A DNA stretch of 64,000 nt from Camelus ferus (lineage: Eukaryota): positions 73,348,001-73,412,000 of the forward strand of contig NC_045696.1 of NCBI RefSeq assembly GCF_009834535.1. The letters run 5' to 3'. Position numbers and translations under genes: made by a program. Every line of letters begins with the position of its first letter. Positions within the stretch are counted from its first letter, which is position 1. The notes under the pieces are model-generated. The model ran no database searches. It saw only the letters and a list, made by a program, of their open reading frames with translations, and was not told the origin of the DNA. Of the stretch, positions 1-12,600 are shown in pieces.

Positions 1-1934
1 TGAGAAACCATGTAGATGATAAATTTAATAAACTGTAATTATTACACTAAATGTAATAAATGTAATTAGACATTAAATATAAAAGTAATTAAATAATAAT
101 TGAAATTTAAACATAATCCATGCAGCATTCAAAATCACTGCATATGCCTCCTTGGGTCATACTTTGAGAAAAGCTGCCCTGGAGGACGTGACCTAAGGGC
201 AAATGTTCATATTTATTTACCCATTTTCAACATTTTTCTAACTTCCTAGTCTTCACTTAATGATGAATTAGTGGAGGCATAAATATGTACCATAGGCGTT
301 AATATGGGTAGGCAGTGCTTTGGGCTGGGGCAGTCACTGACGATGTTTATGGGAAATATAACATTTGAGTCAGATCTTTGATTTTGAGAAGCAATTGGAC
401 AAGGGGCAGAGAGATCTAAGAATATTCCAAATGTCTTCCTAGGTACAGAGATAGGGAATTTTATAGCAAGTCTAGAGATGTCTTAAATGTATCAGTTTTA
501 CAATGGCAGATGCAGTGGATCTTAATGAGCCACTTCATCCAGGGACAAGGGTCTCCATGATCAGAGAACTGACTAATGGTGGGAATTCTCAGCTCAGGGG
601 TAAAATCTGTGGGTAGCATATTCTTGGGTGGGGATTTGAGAGAGTACTTCAGCACCCCAGAAATCATTTCTAGAGAGCTGCCTCAGAAAGGAGTTTCCTG
701 TGGCAGCTGTCAAGTGAAAAGGGCACAAACCTGTGGACACTTAGGAAGACATCAATATGCATTCTAAAATCCTAACATACAGTGCATTCCAGGATGTTCT
801 CAGGAATGTAATTTCTGATTGAACCCAAATGTCTACATTGACCATAAAAATGCACTCTACCTAGTAGGAGAAAATAATATAAAACCTATGAAGCTGTCTC
901 CAATTGGATTTAACTGATCATTTGTCTCCATTTGGCCAAGTTGTTGCTTAGGCTATGACTCCCTTGAAGGCTTATAATAATGAAATGTGCAAGAAGTCAG
1001 TTTAATAAATGTTCTTTGTCTTAGCTGAGGGCACACATTCTTTTAAGACATTACATAGAAACAAAGCACCAATCCTTTGATAGCCTTGGTTATCCCTTGA
1101 ATGAAGTGACTTTCTACCCCACTGTAGCCTCACTACACGAGCTGAGGATTTTTCCACACACAGCCCTTGATATAAACAATTAAACAAGGCCTTGTGCTTT
1201 CAGCACAATGTGGAATAGCCAATAAGACCTGTTATTATAATGCTGCTTAGTAATCGTGGGGGGGGGGTCAGAGTTGAGATTAGTTTTGATAAAGATTCCT
1301 CAAAAAACAAAACACAGGGCGCAATGAAAAAGAAAAAAAAGTTTTGCTAGGAAAAAATTGAACCAGGAAAATGTATTTGATTAAGCAAAGGAGCTATTAA
1401 CTGGAAAAAGAGTGCAAAGAAGCCTTCCTGTGCTGCGAGGGGGCCTGAGCGTGTGACACAGTGAGTGTAGGTTGCTTCTAATTCCTCTAATTCAGCAATA
1501 ACGTCCCCTTCTGCACACACAACTGCAGAAGAGCTTGGGTACCCAATGAGTCAAGTGTTTGCAGATGCATCAGAATTAGCCACCATTTAAGAAAACCACC
1601 ATCTTTCAGAATGAATTCCCTACATGTCACAATAAGTTCAATTGGAAAGAAAAGAAAGAGATTTTCTGTTACTTCTTTGCTATACACATCCTCCCACCTG
1701 TACGTTGGATGTTTCAAACTACCAAATGCTGCGGGAATTTACCCAGGCATATTATTAATGCCAGCTCACCACGGCATGAACACAAATAGGCAAGATTTGG
1801 AGCACTTCAAAATTGACTGCCTAATTTAAATTGCTTGAGTACAGTTAATCAATATTTATTTGCTTTTTCTAAGAGTGAAGAAAGCATATTATGGTGCTGA
1901 TTTCATCATTTATATGTTAAGAAAGAGTACAAAA

Positions 1935-2160
1935 GCAGTGTAGCAGTTCCAACGGTAGGCTCTGGAGGCAGAAATACCTGGATTATAAACACTCGTGAAC
2001 TGTAGCTTTGCACCAGTTACCGAACATATAAACGACAGTCTCCTCAGCTATAAGATGGTGATAAGACTAGTTCCTGATGTGTGAGGATCAAACAGTGAGG
2101 ACATGAAAAATAGCACAGTCCATATACATGGCAAAAGCTCCGTAAGTACTGTTATTGTTA
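1935..2160 (+). mobile_element. MIR SINE (diverged)
   Basis: MIR-order motifs: ggctctggaggcaga...cagtctcctcagctataagatggtgataa...gtgaggatcaaa...agcacagt...acatggcaaaagctc. Confidence 0.65.
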
Positions 2161-2311
2161 CCTCCTTAAAATTTCTCTCCTTTGATCTTTTTCTGTCTGC
2201 TAGTGTGAGATAGGGGCTGTGACACTAACTAAAGCCAAAGTTGTAAACTCTAAAGCCTAATGGGACCAAGCAGGTAAAAAGTAGGAGTAAGGATTTTTAA
2301 GAGTTTGAACA

Positions 2312-3397
2312 TGAAAAGAAGTAAAACTGTCACTGTTTGCAGATTATATAATGCTGTATGTAGAAATTTCTAAAGGTGTCACCAGAAAACTACTAGTGTT
2401 CATCAATGAATTCAGTACATTTGCAGGATACAAAATCAATGTAGAGAAATCTGTTACATTTCAATACACTAACAACAAAATATCAGAAAGAGAAATTAAG
2501 GAAACAATCCTATTTACCATCGCATCAAAAATAATAAAATACTTTCTAAGGAGATAAAAGAACTTGTACTTGGAAAACTATAATATACTGATGAAAGAAA
2601 CTGAAAGCGATACAGATGGAAAGATACACTGTGTTCTTTGAATGGAAGCATCAGTATTATTAAAGTGACTGTACTACCCAAGGCAATCTACAGATTCAAT
2701 GCCATCCGTATCAAATTACCAATGGCATTTTCCACAGAACTGGGACAAAAATTTTTTTAATTTGTATGGAAACACAAAAGAACTTGAATAGCCAAAACAA
2801 AGAGAAGGAAGAATGGAGATGGAGGAATCACATTCCCCAACTTCAGACTGTACTACAAAGCTATAGTAATAAAAAAGAATGGTACTGGCACAAAAATAGA
2901 CACATAGATCAATGGAGCTGAATAGAGAGTCCAGAAATAAAGCCACACTCTTATGGTTAATTAAGCAACAACAAAGGAGTAAGAATATACAATGAGGTCT
3001 CCTTAGTAAGTGGTACTGGGGAACCTGGACAACTACATGTAAAAGAATGAAATTAGAATACATTTTCTCACAGCATATACAAGAACAAACTCAAGATGAT
3101 TAAACCCTAAATTTAAGACCAGAATCATAAAACTCCTTGAAGAAAACATAGGCATGACACTCTGACATACATTGCAGCAATATATTTTTTGGATCTGTTT
3201 CCTAATGCAAAGGAAACAAAAATAAACAAATGGGACCTAATTAAGCTTAAAAGCTTTTGCACAGCAAAGGAAGCTATCGACAAAACAAAAAGACAACTTA
3301 TCAAATGGGAGAAAATATTTTCAAATGATATGACCAATAAGGGGTAATACCCAAAACATATAAATAACTCATACAACTCAGCATCAAAAAACAAATA
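2312..3397 (+). mobile_element. LINE-1 internal ORF2 fragment (RT region onward), truncated at both ends, frameshifted
   Basis: Begins at the degenerate LFADD motif (ctgtttgcagattat). ORF 2351-2557 KLLVFINEFSTFAGYKINVEKS is L1 ORF2. Typical L1 motifs ctacccaaggcaatctacagattcaatgc and aaaagcttttgcacagcaaagg. Confidence 0.93.
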
Positions 3398-3849
3398 AGT
3401 TTTTGGTTAATTTAAAGCTAATAATATTCAAATGTATACTTTTTTTTCATTTATGAGATCTTAATGTGAGTCCATCAACTAAGAATGATGGGGAAAACAC
3501 CTGAAAAACTGGATACAGATTGAGTTCAGCTGCTTAAGTCTCTTTATGACACTGGGTATGATTTTAGGTGATAGTGAGATGGGGCATTGAAGTAAATAAT
3601 CTCTAAAATCTCTTTAAACTCTGAAAGCATATAACAATGACATTCCATAACTCTTTGGACTCATATACGAAGTTTTGCTCAAATACACAGTAGGCTGTGT
3701 AGCTGTAGACTGAATATACCCACACCAAGTGCAAGGCCCTGAGAGGAATAAGATGTAAATGAAAACCCTACAAATGTGCCAGTGTCAGTGTAAGGTGGCA
3801 ACATCAGCACATGCCTAGTCGACAACGCATTTTTTTATCCACTGTGTCA

Positions 3850-4280
3850 TTTGATGATTTTACTGGAGAGGAAAACAAGGTTCAGAAAGGTAGAGAGAAC
3901 TTGTTCAAGGCTTCACAGCTTGTACATAGCAAAGCTTGGCATACAACCCTTCTCCCCAGGCCTCACTTTCCCAGCTGGGAGAATAAATAAAAATCATGAC
4001 CATCTCTTTGGCAGTAGTTGCCACCTCCTCCACTATAACTAACACTTGTGGGGCATTTATGATGTGCTGGGAACCATGCAAAATGTGCTATATCACATTT
4101 ATGATAGCATTTAATCTTATCTACACTCTTTAGGAATGGGTAATATTATCTCCATTTTACAGGCAGATGGTGCTTAGAGAAGTAAAGTAACTTGTCCAAG
4201 GTCATGGAGATAGTGCTGAAATGAGGAATAATTAAAAATTACTCTGTCTGATTCTGACCTATCTCAGTACATGCACTTAA
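3850..4280 (-). mobile_element. Two adjacent MIR fragments
   Basis: Reverse MIR core attatctccattttacag...agagaagtaaagtaacttgtccaaggtca, and a second core at about 3855-3950. Confidence 0.7.
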
Positions 4281-4454
4281 CAAATGCAATTAGAGTGATA
4301 CCAGGAGGGAGGAAATGCATTGGGGAAACCAGGAAAGATTTTCAGGAGAAGGGATATTAATGAATGGACAAGACTTTGCTAGGCAATGACAGTCCAAAGA
4401 TGCAGAGACTGAAGGGGCCTTTTGAGAATAGTGTTTGTCTGATTGGTACAGAAG

Positions 4455-4610
4455 AGAATAGGGTTACAGATCCACATGTGTGCATGGCAGGGCTCCAGGG
4501 AGCACCATGCACACTATGGTAAATGGTTACACCCTACTGGAGGTGTGGTCTGTGTATGTATTTTATAATGTAAATGGTGCCCTCAGAGGTGTGCAGTGTG
4601 GCAGCCTTGA
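4455..4610. mobile_element. MER91-like palindromic hAT MITE within L2-like remnants
   Basis: Imperfect inverted arms ctccagggagcaccatgcaca and tgtaaatggtgccctcagaggtgtgcagtg resemble the MER91 consensus. Confidence 0.6.
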
Positions 4611-5859
4611 GAGAATGAAGCTAGGAAAATAGATTGGCTCCAAATTACGGAGAGCTATGAATGCTGCAGCTGATTTAACCCAGCTGGCAATGAGGAATGT
4701 GCTGAAATTTTTTGAGTGTTTGGGGAGAGGCATGACTACTCTAGACGTATTCATATAATAGTGGGATCTGACAAAGAAGAAGAGTAGAGGAAGAGAGACT
4801 AATTAGGAGGCTTTCTTTGGAAATAGTGGTAAAACCTAAATAAGTGTGGAGGCAGGGAAAAGCAAAGGGAAGGGTTTTGATCTGAAAAGCATTATCAAAA
4901 TTGACTGGCCTTACTACCTTCATACACATATATGAAAGAGAGAGATAAATCATTAATTTTCTGAATGGGGAGCTTACATGACTCAGAAAGCGAGTACTGA
5001 AGTGAGAAACATGGAAGGCAGGAGAAGAATCAAATGAGGCCATTTTAGGTGTACTGAGTTTTGATGAAAGCAGATGGTGCCAGTAGAAGTATATCTGGAA
5101 GTCTGTGATTGAACCTCATGAAAGTCCTAATGGCTGAGAGAGAGATTTTGGAGGTCTTCCAAACTGCAGGAGGAGTCTAAGTTTGGGGGAACATATCATG
5201 AGTCTTGCTCCCATGATTTTCTTTGGGCATGTGTCTGGGACTGGGATGACAGCCCTCTCCAGGATCCAGCTCTTTTAAGTGGACTATGTAATCCATCCTG
5301 GCATAGAGTGTCCCCACTATCAGGAGGAATCCTTCTCAATAGTAACTGCCCCATGCAAAAGGCAATGTCACTTAATGTTCACAAAATGCATGAATACCAG
5401 TAATGATCACAAAATGGCTTAATTAAAAAATTCTGTAAGGTACGATGACTCATAAAACCCCTGCAAAGTATATTCATAAATATTGATTAAAGAGATGGCA
5501 TAAACCAGATGGCAGAACACCATGATTCCTGAATTCTGTCAAGTAACAGCAATTACTACAAGGGGTCAGTCTCAGATAGAGAATTAAATTAAAAGACAGC
5601 ATCAAAATTATTTCTATAATACTATAGTTTTTATAGTACCACATATATTATTTTGTCTTCTACAATTTCTATTTAAATTCTAAAAATAAGATAGCAAGAT
5701 TATATAAAATCTGGGGTGGGGAAAGGGGAAAAATGATCCATAACTCCCTGTAATTATTTTTACATTTACATTTTTATATTGTTGTCACCATTAGGCACAT
5801 ACAGTTACTGTGTATCTTTAATCTTTCTTTTCTTTTTTTTTTCTATTTATTTGTTTTTT

Positions 5860-5969
5860 GGGGGGAGGTAATTAAGTTTATTTATTTTTTTGATGGAGGT
5901 AATGAGGATTGAACCTAGGACCTCATGCATGCTAAGCATGCACTCTACCACTGAGCTATAGCCTCCCCC
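5860..5969 (-). mobile_element. Vic-1-type camelid SINE (tRNA-Ala derived), inserted in an old L1ME-like 3' remnant
   Basis: Minus strand GGGGGAGGCTATAGCTCAGTGGTAGAGTGCATGCTTAGCATGCATGAGGTCCTAGGTTCAATCC with A box, AGC anticodon loop and B box, then the tail AATAAATAAACTTAATTACCTCCCCCC and an A-rich run (T-rich at 5823-5859). Confidence 0.88.
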
Positions 5970-6770
5970 ACATTTTTTTCTTTTAATATTTGCTCTTCTA
6001 TATGTTTCCCATGATGGACATCATAGCTATTAAATATCCCCATGACAGTTCACTAAATGAGTGCACCAAAAGTGCTTGAGTCAAGTTCCTGGTGATAAGA
6101 ATTTAACTTATTTACACTTTTCAAAATAAATAATGCCAGACTCAATGTTCCTGTGCCTATTTTTCTGTATTTTGGATTATTTCCATGTGTTAGGCTGCCA
6201 GAAATGGAATTACTGGATCAAAGAAAATCTATATTTTTTACGGTTCTTAATACAGGCACTATAATTCATCTATCAAAATTCACCCCGATTTTCCCTTGCA
6301 TCAGCAAATATGTTAGCTCTGGATATCATAATTTTTAAGTTGCTATCTAGGTAGTGAACGAATTTGTTTCATTTTTATCAAAACTAATTCTCTCTTTGAG
6401 CTAAGCCATTTTCTGCAGTAGCTGTTTGCATGTCAGTGTGTAGTTGCATATTAATCATTATTTTCTTTCACAAAAGCAGCAGCACAGATACATTTCTATC
6501 TAAGATTCCAATCAGAACGATGGTGGATTTAGGGTACACTTTTGGAGGTTTCGTGGCATATTTTGACATCTTAAGTGTATTCACTGACACTTTACTGAAC
6601 ATTTAGTATATGCCAGTCCTCCATTGCATTAGCTGGGATACAAAGAGTATTAGACAAGAGGAAGGGCATTACAAGCACAAGAAACAGCATTTGCAAAGGA
6701 ATGGGTATGTGACAAAAACCAATGTTTTCAGAGAACTATAGTTGCTCATTATTCTGGAGATAAAAGGCAC

Positions 6771-7225
6771 TGTTACCAGTTATCTATAGCTGCGTAAAAA
6801 CCTACCCTGAAACATGGCTTTAAACAAGAGTACTTTAATGTTCTTCATGATTGTGTGAGTTGCTGGATGGTTTTTCTGCTAGCTTTGGCTGAGTGCATTC
6901 ATGTAGGTGCATTCCTGTAGAAGGGCAGCTTGGGATGGGCTAGGCTGGAACATCTGAGATGGCTAAGCATCTCTTTCCAAGAAGCCACTTGTTTTAAGGA
7001 GGTTGGACCAAGCTGTACTTCTTCAAATGGTGCCAGCAGAGTTTCAAGGAGGGAAGTCCCAGTGCATAAACACTTATTAAGCTTCTATTTGGGTGACATG
7101 TGCTGATGTCCTAGTGGTCAAAGCAAGTCATATGACCAAACTCAGTCTCAACATGGGAGGGCACTATTTTGTGGACCCTGGGAGATATGATTCTTTGGGA
7201 TTCCTTAGAGAAATGATCTTTCATA
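6771..7225 (-). mobile_element. MaLR solo LTR (MLT1G/H-like) interrupting an L2 remnant
   Basis: Starts tgttaccagttatctatagctgcgtaa and contains the MLT1 motif ggtcaaagcaagtcatatgaccaaactcag. Confidence 0.75.
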
Positions 7226-7519
7226 GTTACAATTTGGGGAACAATGGGCAATGAGACTGGATACAGACACCAGACAGCTGTACCTCTTGTATGTTAAACT
7301 AGGTTAAGATTTTTTTCTTATAGATCTCCAAGAATGACTGGAAAGTTTTAAAAAGTTTCAGAGGTGTGGAAGAGGTTTGTGTGAAGGTGCCATACTCTGA
7401 TCTCTAGTTTTAGAAGGGTGACTTAGGAGAGGCTGAGTGATACTAGACACAAGCTCATTAAGACACAGCCAAGATCATCATAGTGGAAAGATCACAGAGA
7501 AAAATACTGAGAAATACTT

Positions 7520-7760
7520 ACTAATAATAAAAACGGTAAGATTTACTGAGCACCAACTATATGACTTTACAACCATATCTCACTCATCCATAGAATAATT
7601 ACTTTACACAGATGTACTTAACTCTGTTTTACATGCCGAGGAAACAGCCTAAATAGTTGAGTAACATTCTGAGGTATTTAAGGCAAATGTGTGGGAGAAC
7701 GAGGATTAGATCCTCCATCTGTTTGAAGCCAAAGTCATTCATTGCTTTTCTCAATTGTGC
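7520..7760 (-). mobile_element. MIR SINE
   Basis: atttactgagcacc...ctgttttacatgccgaggaaacagcct...gtaacattctgaggt. Confidence 0.6.
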
Positions 7761-9259
7761 TGAAGAATGAAAGGCTAGAAACTGTGTGGTGAAAAGGTCA
7801 AAGTGGCTGAGAAACCAGGAGAGAAAAACTACCTGCCCTTCTCTCGTATTTAGTACTCAGGGGATCAAATATTAAGGGAAGAGCAGCATCCTGTCTGGTG
7901 GATGCTGGGGTTGAGTGAGGAAGGAGAAATGAGAAGGGGAGAGAAATGGCCGGAACATAGTGGCTTGGCATTTTTGGCACAAACACTGAGTGTTTCTGAT
8001 CACTGCTCCAGTAGCAGCAAGCTTTGAGCAATCAGGACTTACCCTGGGGAAAGATAGCAAGACAAGAAAGTTACCACTATGATGAGGAGAAGATGGATAA
8101 TGAAATGCAATTTAAATTCTGCATTCGTTTGGTAATTTTTTTAATACCAGTTCCCCCCTCCCCTCCTTATTTCTCCCTTTCAACTGGCTCTTTGTGGGTG
8201 GGTTATTCTTCTGAAATGCCTACTTCCTTCCTCTTTTGTCTTTCTGTCTTGGTCCCTGGGGAGAATGGAAATTAGCTAAGTGTGATGGGTGTTCAGGAGG
8301 CAGGCTTTGGTCCTTGGCCAAGAGAGAACTAATTCCCCTAAGAGTAGCCAAAAGTATCAGCTTCACAACTGCCCTTCTTAGAGCTGAAAGGGTTTCTTTG
8401 TTTCTTCAATATTCTAAACCAGGGCAGTTGCAATCTGTTTTAAGAAATCCATGATCACACCCAAACAAATTTCTCAAATCAATTCAAATATCACTTAACA
8501 TGTATTGAGTTGTGGGGAGGGGAGTCAGACTGGAGATACACAAAGCAGAATAAAACAAATCATTTACTCACAGTAAATGTACAATCTTTATAGGGTGGAG
8601 GGGGGTGGGTAGTGAAACCTGCAACAGAAAGCTTTATCATTTAAACAATAATCAAAATGCAAAGCAGACTGAAATAAATGCTCAGTAGAGGTATGTACCT
8701 GATGCTGGGGGGAGGGAGAGAAAGGAAAATATTTGAACGATGGAGCTAAGAAGAGTGTTCAAGGCAGAGAGCACAGCCTGAACAAGAGCAACAACTTGGG
8801 AAATGCCTGATGTGGTTGGGAATGGCTAGATTGCAGGGGTTAAGAATTACAGATTCTTGGCCAATGTAGTAAATGTCAGGATTTTCTGAAGTGAGTCCAT
8901 TTTTCCCCCAACAAATAGTCCTCTGAAACAATCCGATTCACTCAAAAAATGGCAAAACATCACTAATCCCAGATTATTTTTTATCTTGATTAGTTATGTT
9001 ACAGCTGTGAACACTTTGAGCTCTATTACTCATCTACTCCACAGGGATTTAGCAAAGAGGTGACAAAGGATAATGCATCAAACTACAATCAGTAATTATT
9101 TATTATCCCCATATACCCTGCCTGGCACATAGTACATACTTCAGAAATTTTTGTTGCCTGGATAAATGGAGGCATATGATCCATGATGATGCCTTCTCTA
9201 CACCACTTTTCCATTACTCAGAGACCTAAGGGAAGGATTAAGTTACTTAGCGTCACTGG

Positions 9260-9628
9260 ATGTATCTGTCTGGAGAGGCTGGGTTATGGTGTGGTAACAA
9301 ACAGCTCCAAAAATCTCAGTGACTTAACATAATGCAGATTGATTTTTTGCTCATGCTTCATGTCCAGTGCAGGTCAGCAGGAAGTTCTGCCCACAATAAT
9401 GACAAGGATCCAGACTGAAGGAGGCTCCATCCTGACTCACGCTTCCAGAGTCATCAAGACAGGGAAATAAACATGTGGCAAATCCTCTGCTAGCTCTTAA
9501 GGCTTCCATACAGATGTGATGCAGGTTACTATCTCTCTCACATTTCATTGTCAAAAGCAAATCATATGGTCAGGGAAGAGAAAGAGAATGAGAATCACAA
9601 TTTAGGAATGGCTCTAATGACCACCATA
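9260..9628 (-). mobile_element. MaLR solo LTR (MLT1J/K-like)
   Basis: ggttatggtgtggtaacaaacagctccaaaaatctcagtgacttaac...ccagactgaaggag...cacatttcattgtcaaaagcaaatcatatgg. Confidence 0.75.
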
Positions 9629-12600
9629 CTGGGTCACTCTCATGGCCGGTCCTTTTAACTAACATTTCATCTTAGAAGGGAACTTAATAAATGCAGTTTC
9701 ATGAATGACTATTGTGAAAATACTATTGCTTCTGTGTGCATAAGCAAGAAGACAACCCCTTTACCAGATTTTGTGGTAATATATAATAATAAAAATTTTG
9801 TGGTAATATATAATAAAAAATAATAAATAAGATTATTCCCAAATTTTCTTAACAGAATTATCTGCCTGTGGAACAAATCACAGTATTTTGCCTTAAATCA
9901 CTTTAAATCTCAGCATTGTTTCCATGTCAATGGCAGCACACTTACTACTTCTTCCCTCTTACGAGATGATAGCATTTACTCTAAAAACCTTGTTCAGTCA
10001 TTGAACATCTTGCAGAAAATTTAGCTAGTGTAGATATATGTCTAGTGCTTGTACTAACATTTTTTATCTTCTATTCTGACACTTATTAGATGATTGCTTT
10101 AAAGCTATTTTTGAAGAGAGGGCTTGAAAGAGGAGAATGGATCAATCACTGTTTAGCCTGCTAGACCCTCTTTGATGTACAGTAACCAAAAGTCATTCTC
10201 ATCACATCACAGAAGGTTTAGGTGAGGCAAGCTTGTGATCTCAGTTGAATTCTTAATACACGATAGGCTGTCTAGTGTCCCCACACAGGGGATGTAATTC
10301 AGTTTATAATAAAAGCTCAGTGCCCTTATTGCTGTTACTATACACAGCAGACTTACTATATGCCACCTATTGTATTTTTTTTTTTTGGATGAAAGAAAAG
10401 TATTAAATTATTTCCTGACTGCCTTTCAAAGTCTACTTAACCGATTCACTGCTGCTAATTAGCATCTGGGTGCCCTAATACAGCAACACCCTGGGCAATT
10501 CCTAGTCTTCCTCATGAATCAGACCTCCATAAGACTACTGTCCCCTTGTGGTAATGAACAAATTATGCCTATTCCGTGATAAACATGAGCCTGTTTTCAA
10601 AGGACTTGGAACATGCTGGCCATCTCATTGTATTATCCATCAGTTGGAATCACAGAATAAGGTAAAATAAAGTCCAAAGATAGCTTGGTATATTGACCCT
10701 TGCTGGAAGAAATGCTCAATGGCTGAGAGAGTTCATAGATAACCTAGTTTCTAAACCTCTTGGCCTCTTGCAACAATAATGTAGTTGCCACCTCAGCAGA
10801 CATATTATATAATCAATACTTAGATGGCTATTATTGCTGTTGGGCATAAAAAATGCATTCAAAAGGCAGGAGAATCTTCTGGAGACACTCATTCTGTCAA
10901 CCAGTCCTTAGGGAGGGTACCCCTCCAAAAGCAGCCAGCCAGAGGAAATGGCGACAATGTCAAATGTCAGGCAGAGTTTCTGGGGCGGCACTGCACCATG
11001 GGTCTCTTCCCTCCCCCAGCAGGCTCCTGGGCATAGGACTGACTCTTGCTGATGAATCAAAGGAGCCATTTAGGGTGTCCAAATATTTCCTTTACTTTTT
11101 TCAGAATTTCCCCCTAACCCCTTAAGGTTACAAAGAGCAGGGATATTATCTTTCATTGTAACCACACTAGTGAATACTAATTGTACATAAGGAAGTTGAA
11201 AATAGCAAATCAAAAACAAAACAAAACAAAACTCTGCCATTGAATATGAAGGAATATTTTTCATTGTAAATATGAGTAAAAGAATTTGATGCTGTTCAGC
11301 TAAATCTTACTCAAGAGCTATAAACTACACTACCAAATGGGATGGAGTGAGAAAAACATTTCATTAAAGGATAATTTATGATCTGAGTCTCAAAAAGACA
11401 TTCTCAGAATTTGGCTTTTTTATTTGAGAAAGTAAAGATATAGTTGATTTTTTCCAGAGTTTATGTTTATTTTCTAGAGACTCTGAGTAGTTTTGTACAA
11501 AGTCAGAATTAGGTCATGCTTTCTATGATCAATAAAGATCTATATTAAAAACTTTAGAAATATATATTGATAGAATATACCTCATTTATTTTGTGAAAAC
11601 CATGAACACAAGGGAATATGGAATGAGAACAAGCATGTTAAAATGCTAACAAAGAAATCTCTTCTCAACTCCCCCCCCCAGTCCCCCCAAAAATATTCAA
11701 GTAAGCAAGTGGGATTTGCAATCAGGCTGCAGCGGGGGGGTCAGAGATCAAAAATAAATGGTGGGCCACAACATGCAGAGCTTTTAAAAAATAATGTCAC
11801 ATTCTTTCATTCTCAGCGTAAGAAATGGGCAACTTGTTCAGGGCAAATAATTGTTTGAACTGAGGATTTTATTATTAATCTCTGAAGACTGCTGAATTTA
11901 GGGTCACAGTAAGGGTTGATTAGGTACAAGGTGCATAAAGCTCTCCTCTGTCGATGCTATTGAAAGAAGCAAGTAATTTAGATTCAGAATTGGTCTTGGA
12001 TTGAAGCTCACTCCATTACCGACCATTTTCAATTTCAGCTATACAATAAACATCAAGCTCGGCAAGGAAATTAGTACATTTGGTAATGTATTGGAAGAGA
12101 TGGGTGGGTCTTTGACAAGATGACACTTATCACCAAAGCTTCAGTTAATGAAACCCTTGAGTGGTATCTGCGTTTGACATATTTTGACATTTTTTGAAAT
12201 CACATCCAGCGTTTTTTCCCCCACAAGGTTCTTCTTTATGAGAGAAAAAAAATCCATCTATCTTTAAAATGAGTACTGGAGTACTGCAACATTATTGGAA
12301 AAAAATTAAAGAGATGCTGCCTGCCACTGACAGGAAGAACACGGTACTTTCTCAAAATCCGTAAGAAGCAACAGATTCATAGCGTAAATTTTATTCAAAT
12401 GAAGCCTACAATGTATTTCCAGGAGAAGCTCCAGATTTAAATGGAGCATGTTTTATCATGCCTTCCCTAAAAGTACCTTTCACTGTAAAATGTGATCTCA
12501 TTAATGTGACTACAATTTACATTGCTGCAAAAAAATTTTGCCAATTTGGGGTAATTATTTCCTGAACAAAATAGTTTTCTTTTTCTTTTTTTTCCCTGCA

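Noticed and set aside
2716..3394. Hydrophobic 89-145 aa ORFs (also 23633-23983, 26178-26615, 39006-39425)
   Set aside because: Antisense reading frames of L1, a common source of spurious membrane-protein-like ORFs
5893..5969. Possible genuine tRNA-Ala(AGC) gene (also about 19392-19469)
   Set aside because: The stems carry mismatches, and both copies continue into the same SINE-specific tail, so these are SINE copies
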